From Vitrella brassicaformis CCMP3155 (lineage: Eukaryota; Protista; Chromerida): a DNA stretch of 64,000 nt. This document shows positions 25,416-37,319 of this stretch, piece by piece; positions within the stretch are counted from its first letter, which is position 1, and each line of letters begins with the position of its first letter. Below the pieces are notes generated by a model. That model saw only the letters and a program-made list of their open reading frames with translations, made no database searches and was not told the origin of the DNA. Made by a program: the position numbers and the translations under genes. The DNA lies in contig CDMY01000200.1 of NCBI GenBank assembly GCA_001179505.1, forward strand, positions 1 through 64,000. The letters run 5' to 3'.

Positions 25416-25868
25416 ATTTGATGGGTGACTGATTCGGTCAGTGCATGTGGAGCGTGCGTGGGTGATTCCTGTTGCGTATCGTTCGTTTGACTGTGCGTGA
25501 AAGACACCGGACCAGGCTTTCGGGCCATCTTGACATTCCGTGGTTGTTACGTGGAACCGCTATCTCTCTCTCTCTCTCTCTGTATGCGAAGACAGGCTAC
25601 AGGCTGTGTTTGTCTATTTCGCATACATCCTGTCTACCATCAGATTCAGACCGCTTGCCTGGTTGAAACACAGGTTGCTTTCTCTGGACACCGCGGCCTC
25701 TGTGCAGATCTGCCTTGTCGACGGAGCGGCTTGTTTGAACGCTTTTGTACCATTTGACTCATAGCTAGGTGGGCGAGCACACACACGACACATGCAGCAG
25801 GTGTCTGCCCATCTCTTTCTGCCTCTCTGTGTGTGGTCGGTGCAGCTGTTGGTGTCTGTTTGAGTGAG

Positions 25869-28219
25869 ATGTCTGAGTGTCACGACAGCCACACGGCCTC
25901 CGCTGCCATGGCGGACGGTGACGGTGGCGATGCGGGTACGCCACACACAGATGAATGTGACACATCAAACACACAGCATCAGCGCCACACGTGTGTGTGT
26001 GTCTTCGATGGTGTGTGCAGACGATGTGGCTGAGGAGGATAACAATGGCGGCGGGCAGCCAGACGGGCAAGACGACAATGACGCTGCCAGTGGTGAGTCA
26101 ACAGCACGCCACACAGACTGATCAACACACCAGTGGCACACTCATTTTCGCTTTGTTGACGAATGTGTTGGTATGTTCCGTTTCAGATTTGTTGCGTGAG
26201 GAGGAGGACGGTGGGATGGCCGAGGAGGAGGGAGAAGGTCTACAGGCGGCAGCTGACAGCGAATCCGAATCGGTGAGTCACTCATTGACAGCACCAGTCG
26301 CCCCATGCGACGAGCGTCAGCAGTCTTTCTAACTCTTTCTCTTTGTTGTGGCAGGATGGTGTGCAGGATGACAGTGATGGTGACGGTGGGCCGCTGGGCG
26401 ACGGCATCGATGACGACGACTATGACGACGACGAGAGCGATGAAGACGACGGCTATGAGGAGGACGGTACGCCAGACAGACAGACGCGAAAGAGTGTGAT
26501 CCGCACACACATTCCTTCACTGTGTGTGTCGGGTGGTGGCTGTGTGTGTGTGTGTTGCAGGCCATCCTGTGCCGGTGGCCACCACGGTGGAGGTGCCTGA
26601 CGGCTGTTTGGGACCCGATGACATCGAGGCTCGATTTCCCCACTATACCAACGAGGCACGAGGCAGCTGGCATTGGGCATCATCGGCCGCACCATCACCA
26701 GCCCTCAGCAAGTGACACGTCTCATCCAGCAGAATGCCGACTCCCATGTCATCCCTCGGCTGAGGAGAAAGGGCAGGGGGTGTTCTGGCCTTGGCTACCC
26801 CCTGTTGTGCCTCGCCATTGACGACAAGTCGGACTACACCGCCGAGACCATCCTGGCATCCGAGACCTTCCAACCCGAAGACGATGATTTATTTTACCGT
26901 CCCGTCGCCCTGCCCCAGTGGTCGTCTGACGAGCTGCAGTCGGCCGTCCTGACCGCACTCCTCGACAAAGGAGCCGACCCCAATGGGACAGCCTACCGTT
27001 TGGCGCCCATCCATTTGGCGATTGCATGCGGCAATCAGACGGCCTTCGACATCCTGATGGCCCGTCACGACGTTGACCTGCGCCCATCAAACCTACTCAA
27101 TGACATGGTGATGGAGCTGCCCCGCCCGCTGCGTCAGCCTCCCCCAAGTATCTGCAGGTGCTCATGCCCATGTTCCGGCAACTCACCCAACGAGACCCCA
27201 CCCTCGCCACCGAAGAACGCTTCGAGGATAACCTGGTGGACAGGGCAGCCATCAACGCACAAGGGCACTATCCCCAGCCCTTCATCGACGCCTACCTGGA
27301 CCTCATCACGGCGAACGGGGCCGACATGACGGCAGCCGATGAGGGTTGGCGGACGCCACTGTACTGGGCGGCAAACTGGGGCTCCCCTAAGGTGGCCGAC
27401 TACCTCTGCCGCAAACTGCCCTCCGACCAGATCGACCCACGGGACGACGGCGAGACGCCCCTGGCCTGGGCTGCAAGGAGCCTCGATTGGCGCACTCAAG
27501 AGCTGCAACACCCGAACACACCAGAGCCGGCCGAGAGTGACGAGTACAAGCTGATCATGCGCATTCTGCTGCGGGCGGGGGCCGACATCAGCAGCATCCC
27601 CACAGACACAGACGAGGACCGCCGCCGCCGCCGCCGCCGCCAGCTGGTGCTGACGGAGCATGCGACAGTGCTCAATCAGCTCGGCCTTGCAGTCATGGCG
27701 GCCGTCAACGCCGCTCTCGCCCCCCACCGCCAACTCGCGGCCCTCCTGACCCCCCGGCTGGCCGTCGGCCCGGAGGAGGCCCCCATCTTCGGCTGGCGCA
27801 TCGCGTCATACCTCTTCGACATCGCTGTCGCCAAGGAGGCCATCGGTGAGGCCATCGGTGTGCGGCACAGCGACATGGCCCGCCGTGTGTGTGCGGCAGC
27901 AGAGCACTTCATCCATTCGGCGGTGTACCAGGCCAGCAGCAACAGGGAGGTGGTGGGCGGGACGGCCAATGTGGGCGGCCAGGTGGTGCGTGTGCCGCAG
28001 CTGCAGTGCTTTGTGGTGGGCGGTGTGGGTGGCCGCAAGATGGAGTTGCGTGAGGTGGTGCAGCGGGCCATCCTGGACGAGGCGGCCAAGTGGGGGCTGG
28101 CGGGGGAGATCGACAACGGCTTCAGCAAGGATGTGCCTGCGGTGGCATGGGGAGCGGTGGGGTGGGTCGACAAGGGGCGGGACGGCAGGGAGACCTTCAG
28201 ACGGCTGGGGATGACATGA
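25869..28219 (+). pseudogene. Ankyrin-repeat family copy B, with two frameshifts
   Basis: Same exon layout as copy A. A 1-nt loss at ~26657 (gaggcacgagg vs gaggctaccagg) gives a stop at 26715. A second 1-nt loss in the C run at ~27141-27146 splits the main exon across ORFs 26673-27329 and 27158-28219. Sequencing error cannot be excluded. Confidence 0.7.
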
Positions 28220-28286
28220 GATGAGATGCACACATGGACAGGTTTGGGTGGCAGACAGGCAGGGGGCATAGCGTGTTGGATGGATA

Positions 28287-28586
28287 NNNNNNNNNNNNNN
28301 NNNNNNNNNNNNNNNNNNNNNNNNNNNNNNNNNNNNNNNNNNNNNNNNNNNNNNNNNNNNNNNNNNNNNNNNNNNNNNNNNNNNNNNNNNNNNNNNNNNN
28401 NNNNNNNNNNNNNNNNNNNNNNNNNNNNNNNNNNNNNNNNNNNNNNNNNNNNNNNNNNNNNNNNNNNNNNNNNNNNNNNNNNNNNNNNNNNNNNNNNNNN
28501 NNNNNNNNNNNNNNNNNNNNNNNNNNNNNNNNNNNNNNNNNNNNNNNNNNNNNNNNNNNNNNNNNNNNNNNNNNNNNNNNNNNNNN
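28287..28586. other. Assembly gap (300 N); same-size gaps at 36111-36410 and 51688-51987
   Basis: Runs of n of identical length, indicating placeholder gaps of unknown true size. Confidence 0.95.
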
Positions 28587-30189
28587 CACCAACGAGGCCA
28601 CCAAGGAGCTGACACTGGGCATCATCGGCCGCACCATCACCAGCCCTCAGCAAGTGACACGTCTCATCCAGCAGAATGCCGACATTCGGCTGGATGCCGA
28701 CCCGAATGTCATCTTTCGGCTGAGGAGAAAGGGCAGGGGGTGTTCTGGCATTGGCTACTTGCTGTTGTGTCTCGCCATTGACGACAAGTCGGGCTACACC
28801 GTCGAGACCATCCAAGCAGATGATGATGAGGGTCCATTTTGCCGTCCCGTCGCCCTGCCCCAGTGGTCGTCTGACGAGCTGCAGAGGGCCGTCCTGACCG
28901 CACTCTACGACGGAGGAGCCGACCCCAATGTGGCAGCCGACGAGACCGGGGAGACCTGGGAGACGCCCCTCCGAGTGGCGATTGCGTATGGCAATCAGAC
29001 GGCCTTCGACATCCTGACGGCTCGGCAAGGCATCGACATGCGCCCACCAGACGCACTCATGGTGATGGAGCTGCCCGATCTGCTGCGTCCGCCTCCCACC
29101 GAGTACCTGCGGCTGCTCATATCGATGTTTCGGCAACTCATCACACGAGACCCCACCCTCGCCACCGAAGAACGCAACGGCTACAACGAAAACCTGGTGC
29201 ACCTGGCAGCCGAGGTGGTCCACTACCCGCAGTCCTTCATCGACAGCTACCTGGACCTCGTCACGGCGAATGGGGCCGACATGACGGCAGACGACCGCTT
29301 TGGGCAGACGCCATTGCACCTGGCGGCAGCGTGGTATGGCTCTCTCCACGTGGCCGACTACCTCTGCCGCAAGCTGCCCGCTGCCCAGATCAACAGATGG
29401 GACAACTCCGGCCGGACGCCCCTCTCCTGGGCTGCCAAGGAGCTCGATTGGCGCATCCAACGGCTGCAGGACCCCAACACACCAGAGGCCGACAAGGAGC
29501 GGTATCGGACCGAGATTCCCAACCTCAAGCTGATCATCCGCACCCTGCTGCGGACGGGGGCCGACATCAGCAGCATCCCCACGGCCACAGAGAAGGGCCG
29601 CCATCAGCGCCAGCTGGCGCTGACGGAGTATGCCACGGTGCTCAACGAGCTGCCCACTGCTGTGATGGCGGCCGTCAACGCCGCCCTCGCCCCCCACCGC
29701 TCCCTCGCGGCCCTCCTGACCCCCCGGCTGGCCGTCGGCCCGCAGGAGGCCCCCATCTTCGGCTGGCGCATCGCGTCATACCTCTTCGACATCGCTGTCG
29801 CCAAGGAGGCCATCGGTGAGGCCATCGGTGTGCGGCACAGCGACATGGCCCGCCGTGTGTGTGCGGCAGCAGAGCACTTCATCCATTCGGCGGTGTACCA
29901 GGCCAGCAGCAACAGGGAGGTGGTGGGCGGGACGGCCAATGTGGGCGGCCAGGTGGTGCGTGTGCCGCAGCTGCAGTGCTTTGTGGTGGGCGGTGTGGGT
30001 GGCCGCAAGATGGAGTTGCGTGAGGTGGTGCAGCGGGCCATCCTGGACGAGGCGGCCAAGTGGGGGCTGGCGGGGGAGATCGACAACGGCTTCAGCAAGG
30101 ATGTGCCTGCGGTGGCATGGGGAGCGGTGGGGTGGGTCGACAAGGGGCGGGACGGCAGGGAGACCTTCAGACGGCTGGGGATGACATGA
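28587..30189 (+). CDS. Ankyrin-repeat family copy C; 5' end lost in the assembly gap
   Basis: Open frame from the gap edge (TNEATKELTLGIIGRTI) through ETPLRVAIAYG, QTPLHLAAAWYG and RTPLSWAA to GRETFRRLGMT*. Confidence 0.8.
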
Positions 30190-30778
30190 GATGAGATGCA
30201 CACATGGACAGGTTTGGGTGGCAGACAGGCAGGGGGCATAGCGTGTTGGATGGATAGATCGTTGTCGCTGCCTCACTTTGCTCGATGTGTTTTGTACTTG
30301 TGTGAGTGCTTCTGACACGCGTGTGTGTGTGTGTGTGTGGACGAATGGTTGGTACAGCTCTGGTTCTCACAACATCACCACTTTGAATTGAATGCCAGGA
30401 CACTCTGGTCAACGAAACCATTCGTCCACACGAAATCTCTCACACGAAAAGTCAGCCATCAACACACACCCACACACCGAGGCAATAGCAGCAGCAGCCA
30501 CACACAACGAGTTCGAGCACCGATAAAGCACCGGTCCGGCTGCATGGTCTACTCGCGTGACAGGCCCCCCACCCCATTCGTTCGTTCACATGGCACCTCA
30601 GTGGATGCGTCAGTGAACACATGAGGGTGAAAGCTCTCCATCTGCCGACCTTCCATCCACCCCACCCTATGTGTCGAGCCGTCCAGTCAGACATGCCAGG
30701 GCCCGGCGACAGGGAAGCAGTCGAGTGGGTCAGGCACCAACAACCATCCATCCTCACATCAAAATCCCCCCAACCTGC

Positions 30779-30958
30779 CTACCTCTCTGTGAGCATCTCA
30801 TGTGAGCTGCAGCGACCTGAATGTCTCCCTCCCGTCCCGCCCCTTGTCGACCCACCCCACCACCCCCCACACCACCGCAGGCACATCCTTGCTGAAGCCT
30901 TGACAAAGTGCTCCGCTGCCGCACACACACGCCGGGCCATGTCGCTGTGCCGCACACC
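30779..30958 (-). pseudogene. Inverted, internally deleted 3' fragment of the ankyrin family
   Basis: Reverse complement reads GVRHSDMARRVCAAAEHFVK joined directly to gcttcagcaaggatgtgcctgcggtgg, skipping roughly 200 nt present in full copies. It is preceded by an acceptor-like ttttgtag. Confidence 0.75.
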
Positions 30959-31519
30959 ACTACAAAACACTCAGACGCAGGCAGGCAGGCTTAAGCGGCC
31001 ACACAGACAGACCGGTACTTAAGCTTCCACTCGCGGCGGCAAACGTCACGTCACGTCAGGCCACGGTACGTATACGCAGTTCGTTGATCCGACATTCGCG
31101 TGACATGCAATGCATTCACGGCCCGCCAGCACATGGAGCGGGTGGAGCGGACATAAAACTCAACTCAGTCAGTGCTGCTTGGACGGACGAGAACATGATG
31201 CAACCAAAAAGATCTCCCTCTCTCTCTCTCCCTGTGTGTGTGTGTGTGTGTCCTTCGAGAAACACTTTGGCGGCTGCCGCCCCCAGCCACCCACACGTCA
31301 TAGGACACCATCACACCAACCAACACTGCACACCGAGCGAAGAATCTGCCTGACCCATGACCCAGCCACCCACACCCAGCTGTCTGTGAGCGACAGCCAC
31401 ATGAGTACCTCCCTCTCCCTCTCCCCCACCGGGTCCCTTGTCGTCACCCCCGCCGCACCCCACAGGCGTCAATCAGACTCAGCCACGCCACGTCGCACCA
31501 CAGACCATCCCAGCACTAC

Positions 31520-33925
31520 CTACTCCTCCACTTCATCATCCATTTCATCATCGCCACTGACCTCCTCCCAGCTGTCCTTGTCGCCATCGACTGCATCCTC
31601 ACACCCGCTAGCCGCCGCTGCTGCTGCCGCTGGTGGTGGTGTGGGCTGCTGGGTCGATGGTGTGGGCTGCTGGGTCGATGCTGGCGCTGGTGTTGCTGGT
31701 GGTGGTGTGGTGGACTGCTGGAGTGCGGCCCCCAGCTGCTGCCATGTGAACTGGCAGTCGGCATCCCCCAGGTGGGTGTTGAAGCCCTTGACCACCACAC
31801 CCTGCACCCCCCACTTGGCCGCCTCGTCCAAAACGGCCCGATGTACCACCTCACGCAAACCGACACGACCACGAGTGTGCACCGCCTCAGACGGACGGCT
31901 GTCGACACCCTCGAGCATGAAGCACTGCAGCTGCGGCACCGTCACCTTGAAACGCTTGTCGCCCTGCTGCTCATACCTCGTTCCGCCCACCACCTCCCTG
32001 TTGCTGCTGGCCTGGTACACTGCCGACTTGACAAAGTGCTCCGCTGCCGCACACACACGGCGGGCCATGTCGGTGTGCCGCACACCGATAGCCTCACTGA
32101 TGGCCTCCTGGGCGGCATTCATGTCGAAGAGGTATGACGCGATGCGCCAGCCGAAGATGGCGGCCTCCTGCGGGCCGACGACCAGCCGGGGGATCAGGAG
32201 GGCAGCGAGGGAGCGGTGGGGGGCGAGGGCGGCGTTGACGGCCGCCATGACGCCAGCGGGCAGCTCGTTGAGCACCGTGGCGTACTCAGTGAGCACCAAC
32301 TGGCGCTGATGGCGGTCCTCCTCTGTGTCTGTGGGGGTGCTGCTGATGTCGGCCCCCGCCCTCAGCAGGCTGTGGATGGTCAGCTTGAGGTTGTCAATCT
32401 TGGCTCGATGCCGTTCCTTGTCGGCCTCGGGTGTGTTGGGGTGCTGCAGCCGTTGGATGTTGTGATCGAGCTCCTCGGCAGCCTTGGCGAGGGGCGTCTG
32501 ACCTTGGTTGTCCCGTCTGTTGACCTGGTCAGCGGGCAGCTTGCGGCAAAGGTAGTCGGCCACCTTGGGAGAGCCCCACTCTGCTGCCCAGCGCAGTAGC
32601 GTCCATCCGTTGCCGTCGGCTGCCGTCATGTCGGCTCCGAGCTGCGTGATGAGATCCAGGTAGCCGACGATGAAGGACTGGGGGTAGTGGCCGCGTGCGT
32701 TCATGGCTGCGTGGTGCACCAAGTTGGTGCCCCAGACGTCTCGTTCGGTGGCGAGTGTGGGGTCTCGTTCGATGAGTCGCCGATACATCGACATGAGCAG
32801 CCGCAGGTACTCGGTGGGAGGCTGACGCAGGGGACGGGGCAGCTCCATCACCATGGGTGCGTCTGGTGGGCGCAGGTCGACATCTTGACGAGGAGCCGTC
32901 AGGGTGTCGAAGGCCGTCTGATTGCCGGATGCAATCGCCAAGTGAAGGGGCGTCTGTTCGGTCTCGTCGGCTGCCGCATTGGGGTCGGCGCCCCCGTCGA
33001 GGGGTGTGGCAATGATTGCCCTCTGCAACTCGTCCGACGACCAGTGGGGCAAGGCGACGGGACGGCAAGCATCATCGGCTTCGGCTTGGATGGTCTTGAC
33101 GGTGTAGTCCGACTTGTTGTCGATGGCGAGATGGACCAGCGAGGAGAGATCGCCACGATGCTTGCTGCCCTTCTGCCGCAGCATCGGCCCGACATTCGGG
33201 TCGGCACCCTGCTCGATGAGGTCGGTCACGTGCTGCGGGGCGGAGATGGTGCGGCCGATGACGCCCAATCCCAGCTCCTTGGTGGTCTCGTTGGTGCCGA
33301 GAGGGAAGCGGGCCTCGATCTCATTGACGCCCAAGAAGCCGGACGGCACGTCGACCGAGGTGATTGGCACCACCGAGTGACCTACAACACACACAGCCAT
33401 CAGACGACGCACACTGAGAAGGAATGCATGTATGGGCCCGCACCTCGCCCCCTCCCTCTCATGTGTCAGTCTGTCTGGCGTACCATCGTCCTCATAGCCA
33501 TCGTCATGACCGTCGCTGCCTGACTCACTGCCGTCGTCCCCCTCACTGTCCCCGTCGTCATCGTCTTGGTCTAAGTCTTCGTCCAGCATCCCTCCGTCGT
33601 CACTGTCGTCCTGCACACATGTGTGACCGCCCTGACACAGCGACACGAGGCAACGGGAGAACAGCCAAGTGACGAGCGTCACATGGACGGACGCTGTGTT
33701 CGCGAATGAATGCCTCACCGATTCGCTCCCATTGGCCATCACACCGCCACCCCCCTCCTCATTGTCCTCATCTGAACACAATCAACCACAGGCACACACA
33801 TCGACCCAAATCAACTGCTGCAGCGTTCGGTGCTTACCGTCAGGCTCGTCACCGTCAGGCTCGTCCATCGGGGGCTCCGCGGCGACCTCCTGCTGCTGCT
33901 GAGCTGCTGCTTGTCGTGCGGCCAT
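31520..33925 (-). CDS. Ankyrin-repeat family copy D (divergent subfamily; apparently intact)
   Basis: ATG at 33925 (MAARQAAAQQQQ), three acidic exons, and a main exon open from ~33380 to 31520 with QTPLHLAIASG, WTLLRWAAEWG and QTPLAKAA. It ends in its own Q/P/T-rich and acidic tail. Confidence 0.85.
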
Positions 33926-34245
33926 GAGTGGGGCTCGGTGTGCACACAGAGAGATAGTCCTGCTACCTCTTCGACGACCTGACAGTGACACGCACACAAG
34001 GAGGAATGAGGGCCCTTCCTCCACCGAGGACGCTCTTGCTCTTTTCCGCCTGCCCACGTACCCTCTTGTGTCCTGTCCTCTTCGGACGGGCCCTCACCTC
34101 ACACAGATAATAACTTTAGCAGATCTGCCGCCCTGGACTCACGAATCACGATGAGACGGAAGCTGGGGGACGCCCGTGGCGTATTGAGGTCGCCTGGGCT
34201 CCACTGGCGGTGATCCCAAACGCTCCCCGCGCGTTTCTCAGCTCG

Positions 34246-34280
34246 CCCTAGGGTGGAGGGTTCAAACCCTAACCCTCTAG
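34246..34280. promoter_or_regulatory. Second copy of the telomere-like palindromic motif
   Basis: Identical ccctagggtggagggttcaaaccctaaccctctag between the ATGs at 33925 (-) and 34723 (+). Confidence 0.4.
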
Positions 34281-34722
34281 ATTTGAGATGATTCGGTCAG
34301 TGCATGTGGAGCGTGCGTGGGTGATTCCTGTTGCGTGTCGTTCGTTTGATTGTGCGTGAAAGACACAGGACCAGGCCCTCGGGCCACCTTTGACATTCCG
34401 TGACCACCGCTCTCTCTCTCTCCGTGTGTGTGCGAAGACAGGCTACAGGCTGTGTTTGTCTATTTCGCATACATCCTGTCTACCATCAGATTCAGACCGC
34501 TTGCCTGGTTGAAACACAGGTTGCTTTCTCTGGACACCGCGGCCTCTGTGCAGGTCTGCCTTGTCGACGGAGCGGCTTGTTTGAACGCTTTTGTACCATT
34601 TGACTCATAGCTAGGTGGGCGAGCACACACACGACACATGCAGCAGGTGTCTGCCCATCTCTTGTCGCCTCTCTGTGTGTGTGTGGTCGGTGCAGCTGTT
34701 GGTGTCTGTTTCAGTGAGGGAG

Positions 34723-36868
34723 ATGTCTGAGTGTCACGACGACAGCCACATGGCCTCCGCTGCCATGGCGGACGGTGGCGGTGGCGATGCGGGTACGCCA
34801 CACACAGATGAATGTGACACATCAAACACACAGCATCAGCGCCACACGTGTGTGTGTGTGTCTCCTCGATGGTGTGTGCAGACGATGTGGCTGAGGAGGA
34901 TAACAATGGCGGCGGGCAGCCAGACGGGCAAGACGACAATGTTACTGCCAGTGGTGAGTCAACAGCACGCCACACAGACTGATCAACACACCAGTGGCAT
35001 AATCATTTTTGCTTTGCTGGCGAATGTGTTGGTGTGCCTTCGTTTTAGAGTTATTGCGTGAGGACGATGGCGAGATGGCCGAGGAGGAGGGAGAAGGTCT
35101 ACAGGCGGCAGCTCACAGCGAATCCGAATCGGTGGGTCACTCATTGACAGCACCAGCCGCCCAATGCGACGAGCGTCAGCAGTCTTTCTCACTCTTTCCC
35201 TTTGTTGTGGCAGGACGGTGTACAGGACGACAGTGGTGACGGTGGGCCGCTGGGCGACGACTTCGACGAGGAGAGCGATGAAGACGACGGCTATGAGGAG
35301 GACGGTACGCCAGACAGACAGACAGACAGACAGAGGCGAAAAAATGTGATCCGCACACACATTCCTTCACTGTGTGTGTCGTGTGGTGGCTCTGTGTGTG
35401 TGTGTTGCAGGCCATCCTGTGCCGGTGGCCGCCACGGTGGAGGTGCCTGATGGATGTGTGGGAGCCGATGACATCGAAGTTCGATTCCCCCACGGCACCA
35501 ACGAGGCCACCAAGGAGCTGACACTGGGCATCATCGGCCGCACCATCACCAGCCCTCAGCAAGTGACACGTCTCATCCAGCAGAATGCCGACATTCGGCT
35601 GGATGCCGACCCGAATGTCATCTTTCGGCTGAGGAGAAAGGGCAGGGGGTGTTCTGGCATTGGCTACTTGCTGTTGTGTCTCGCCATTGACGACAAGTCG
35701 GGCTACACCGTCGAGACCATCCAAGCAGATGATGATGAGGGTCCATTTTGCCGTCCCGTCGCCCTGCCCCAGTGGTCGTCTGACGAGCTGCAGAGGGCCG
35801 TCCTGACCGCACTCTACGACGGAGGAGCCGACCCCAATGTGGCAGCCGACGAGACCGGGGAGACCTGGGAGACGCCCCTCCGAGTGGCGATTGCGTATGG
35901 CAATCAGACGGCCTTCGACATCCTGACGGCTCGGCAAGGCATCGACATGCGCCCACCAGACGCACTCATGGTGATGGAGCTGCCCGATCTGCTGCGTCCG
36001 CCTCCCACCGAGTACCTGCGGCTGCTCATATCGATGTTTCGGCAACTCATCACACGAGACCCCACCCTCGCCACCGAAGAACGCAACGGCTACAACGAAA
36101 ACCTGGTGCANNNNNNNNNNNNNNNNNNNNNNNNNNNNNNNNNNNNNNNNNNNNNNNNNNNNNNNNNNNNNNNNNNNNNNNNNNNNNNNNNNNNNNNNNN
36201 NNNNNNNNNNNNNNNNNNNNNNNNNNNNNNNNNNNNNNNNNNNNNNNNNNNNNNNNNNNNNNNNNNNNNNNNNNNNNNNNNNNNNNNNNNNNNNNNNNNN
36301 NNNNNNNNNNNNNNNNNNNNNNNNNNNNNNNNNNNNNNNNNNNNNNNNNNNNNNNNNNNNNNNNNNNNNNNNNNNNNNNNNNNNNNNNNNNNNNNNNNNN
36401 NNNNNNNNNNCCGTCGGCCCGCAGGAGGCCCCCATCTTCGGCTGGCGCATCGCGTCATACCTCTTCGACATCGCTGTCGCCAAGGAGGCCATCGGTGAGG
36501 CCATCGGTGTGCGGCACAGCGACATGGCCCGCCGTGTGTGTGCGGCAGCGGAGCACTTCGTCCGCTCGGCAGTGTACCAGGTCAGCAGCAACAGGGAGGT
36601 GGTGGGCGGGACGGCCGATGTGGGCGGCCAGGTGGTGCGTGTGCCGCAGCTGCAGTGCTTTGTGGTGGGCGGTGTGGGTGGCCGCAAGATGGAGTTGCGT
36701 GAGGTAGTGCAGCGGGCCATCCTGGACGAGGCGGCCAAGTGTGGTGTGGTTGGGGAGATGGACAACGGCTTCAGCAGGGATGTGTCGGCGGTCGAGTGCG
36801 GGGCGGTGGGGTGGGTCGACAAGGGGCGGGGCGGCAGGGAGACATTCAGACGGCTGGGGATGACCTGA
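34723..36868 (+). CDS. Ankyrin-repeat family copy E (contains an assembly gap)
   Basis: Same 5' acidic exons as A and B. The main exon appears identical to copy C up to the gap at 36111. After the gap the C-terminal domain ends GRETFRRLGMT* at 36868. Confidence 0.75.
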
Positions 36869-37319
36869 GATGCACACATGGACAGGTTTGGGTGGAGGCA
36901 GGCAGGTAGGGGGGCATAGAGTGTTGGATGGATAGATCGTTATCTGTCGGCTGTCGGCCCGCCCTGTTGTGTTTTGCTTTTGTGTGAGTGGATTTTGACA
37001 TGTGTGTGTGTGTGTGTGGACAAGTGGTTGGTATATTCTGTTCCTGACAACAATCCCCACTTTGAATTCACTGTTCCCGTCTGTCTCCCGCCCCACCAGG
37101 ACCCCCGTGTGATCAGTGCAGTGTGTCTGTCTGTCCATCTATCCATCATCAGTCCATCAACCCCTCAATCCCTCAATGTACCCACCCACCCACCCACTCG
37201 ACTCCCCTGTTGCTCAGTCACTGGAACACCGGCTGAAATGGAAAGGGCCGCTATCTATCTGTCTTCTTCTTCGCTGCCGCCCACACACACACAGCCCCGC
37301 CCCCTCTGTCTATCTTTGT

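Larger units (their letters stand above)
24824..26640. repeat. Segmental duplication, partner 33696-~35490 (5' ends of the divergent ankyrin pair plus shared promoter)
   Basis: Colinear, high-identity coding and non-coding sequence, e.g. gtgttcgcgaatgaatgcctcacc at 24824 and 33696, and a shared promoter block gcccttcctccaccgaggacgct...gaagacaggctacaggctg. Confidence 0.9.

Noticed and set aside
30958-30968. cactacaaaac at the exact edge of the ankyrin fragment resembles a CACTA/EnSpm terminal repeat
   Set aside because: I found no matching inverted terminus, target-site duplication or transposase. Its reverse complement (ttttgtag) is well explained as a splice acceptor.
31033-31060. Tandem acgtcacgtcacgtc (CRE-like TGACGT x3 on minus)
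   Set aside because: It is a single occurrence with no demonstrated downstream gene start and cannot be distinguished from a short microsatellite.
22586-32599. Long antisense ORFs over the ankyrin genes (e.g. 22586-24181, 27676-29697, 32216-32599)
   Set aside because: These are shadow ORFs expected opposite GC-rich coding sequence. Some are also inflated by N runs.
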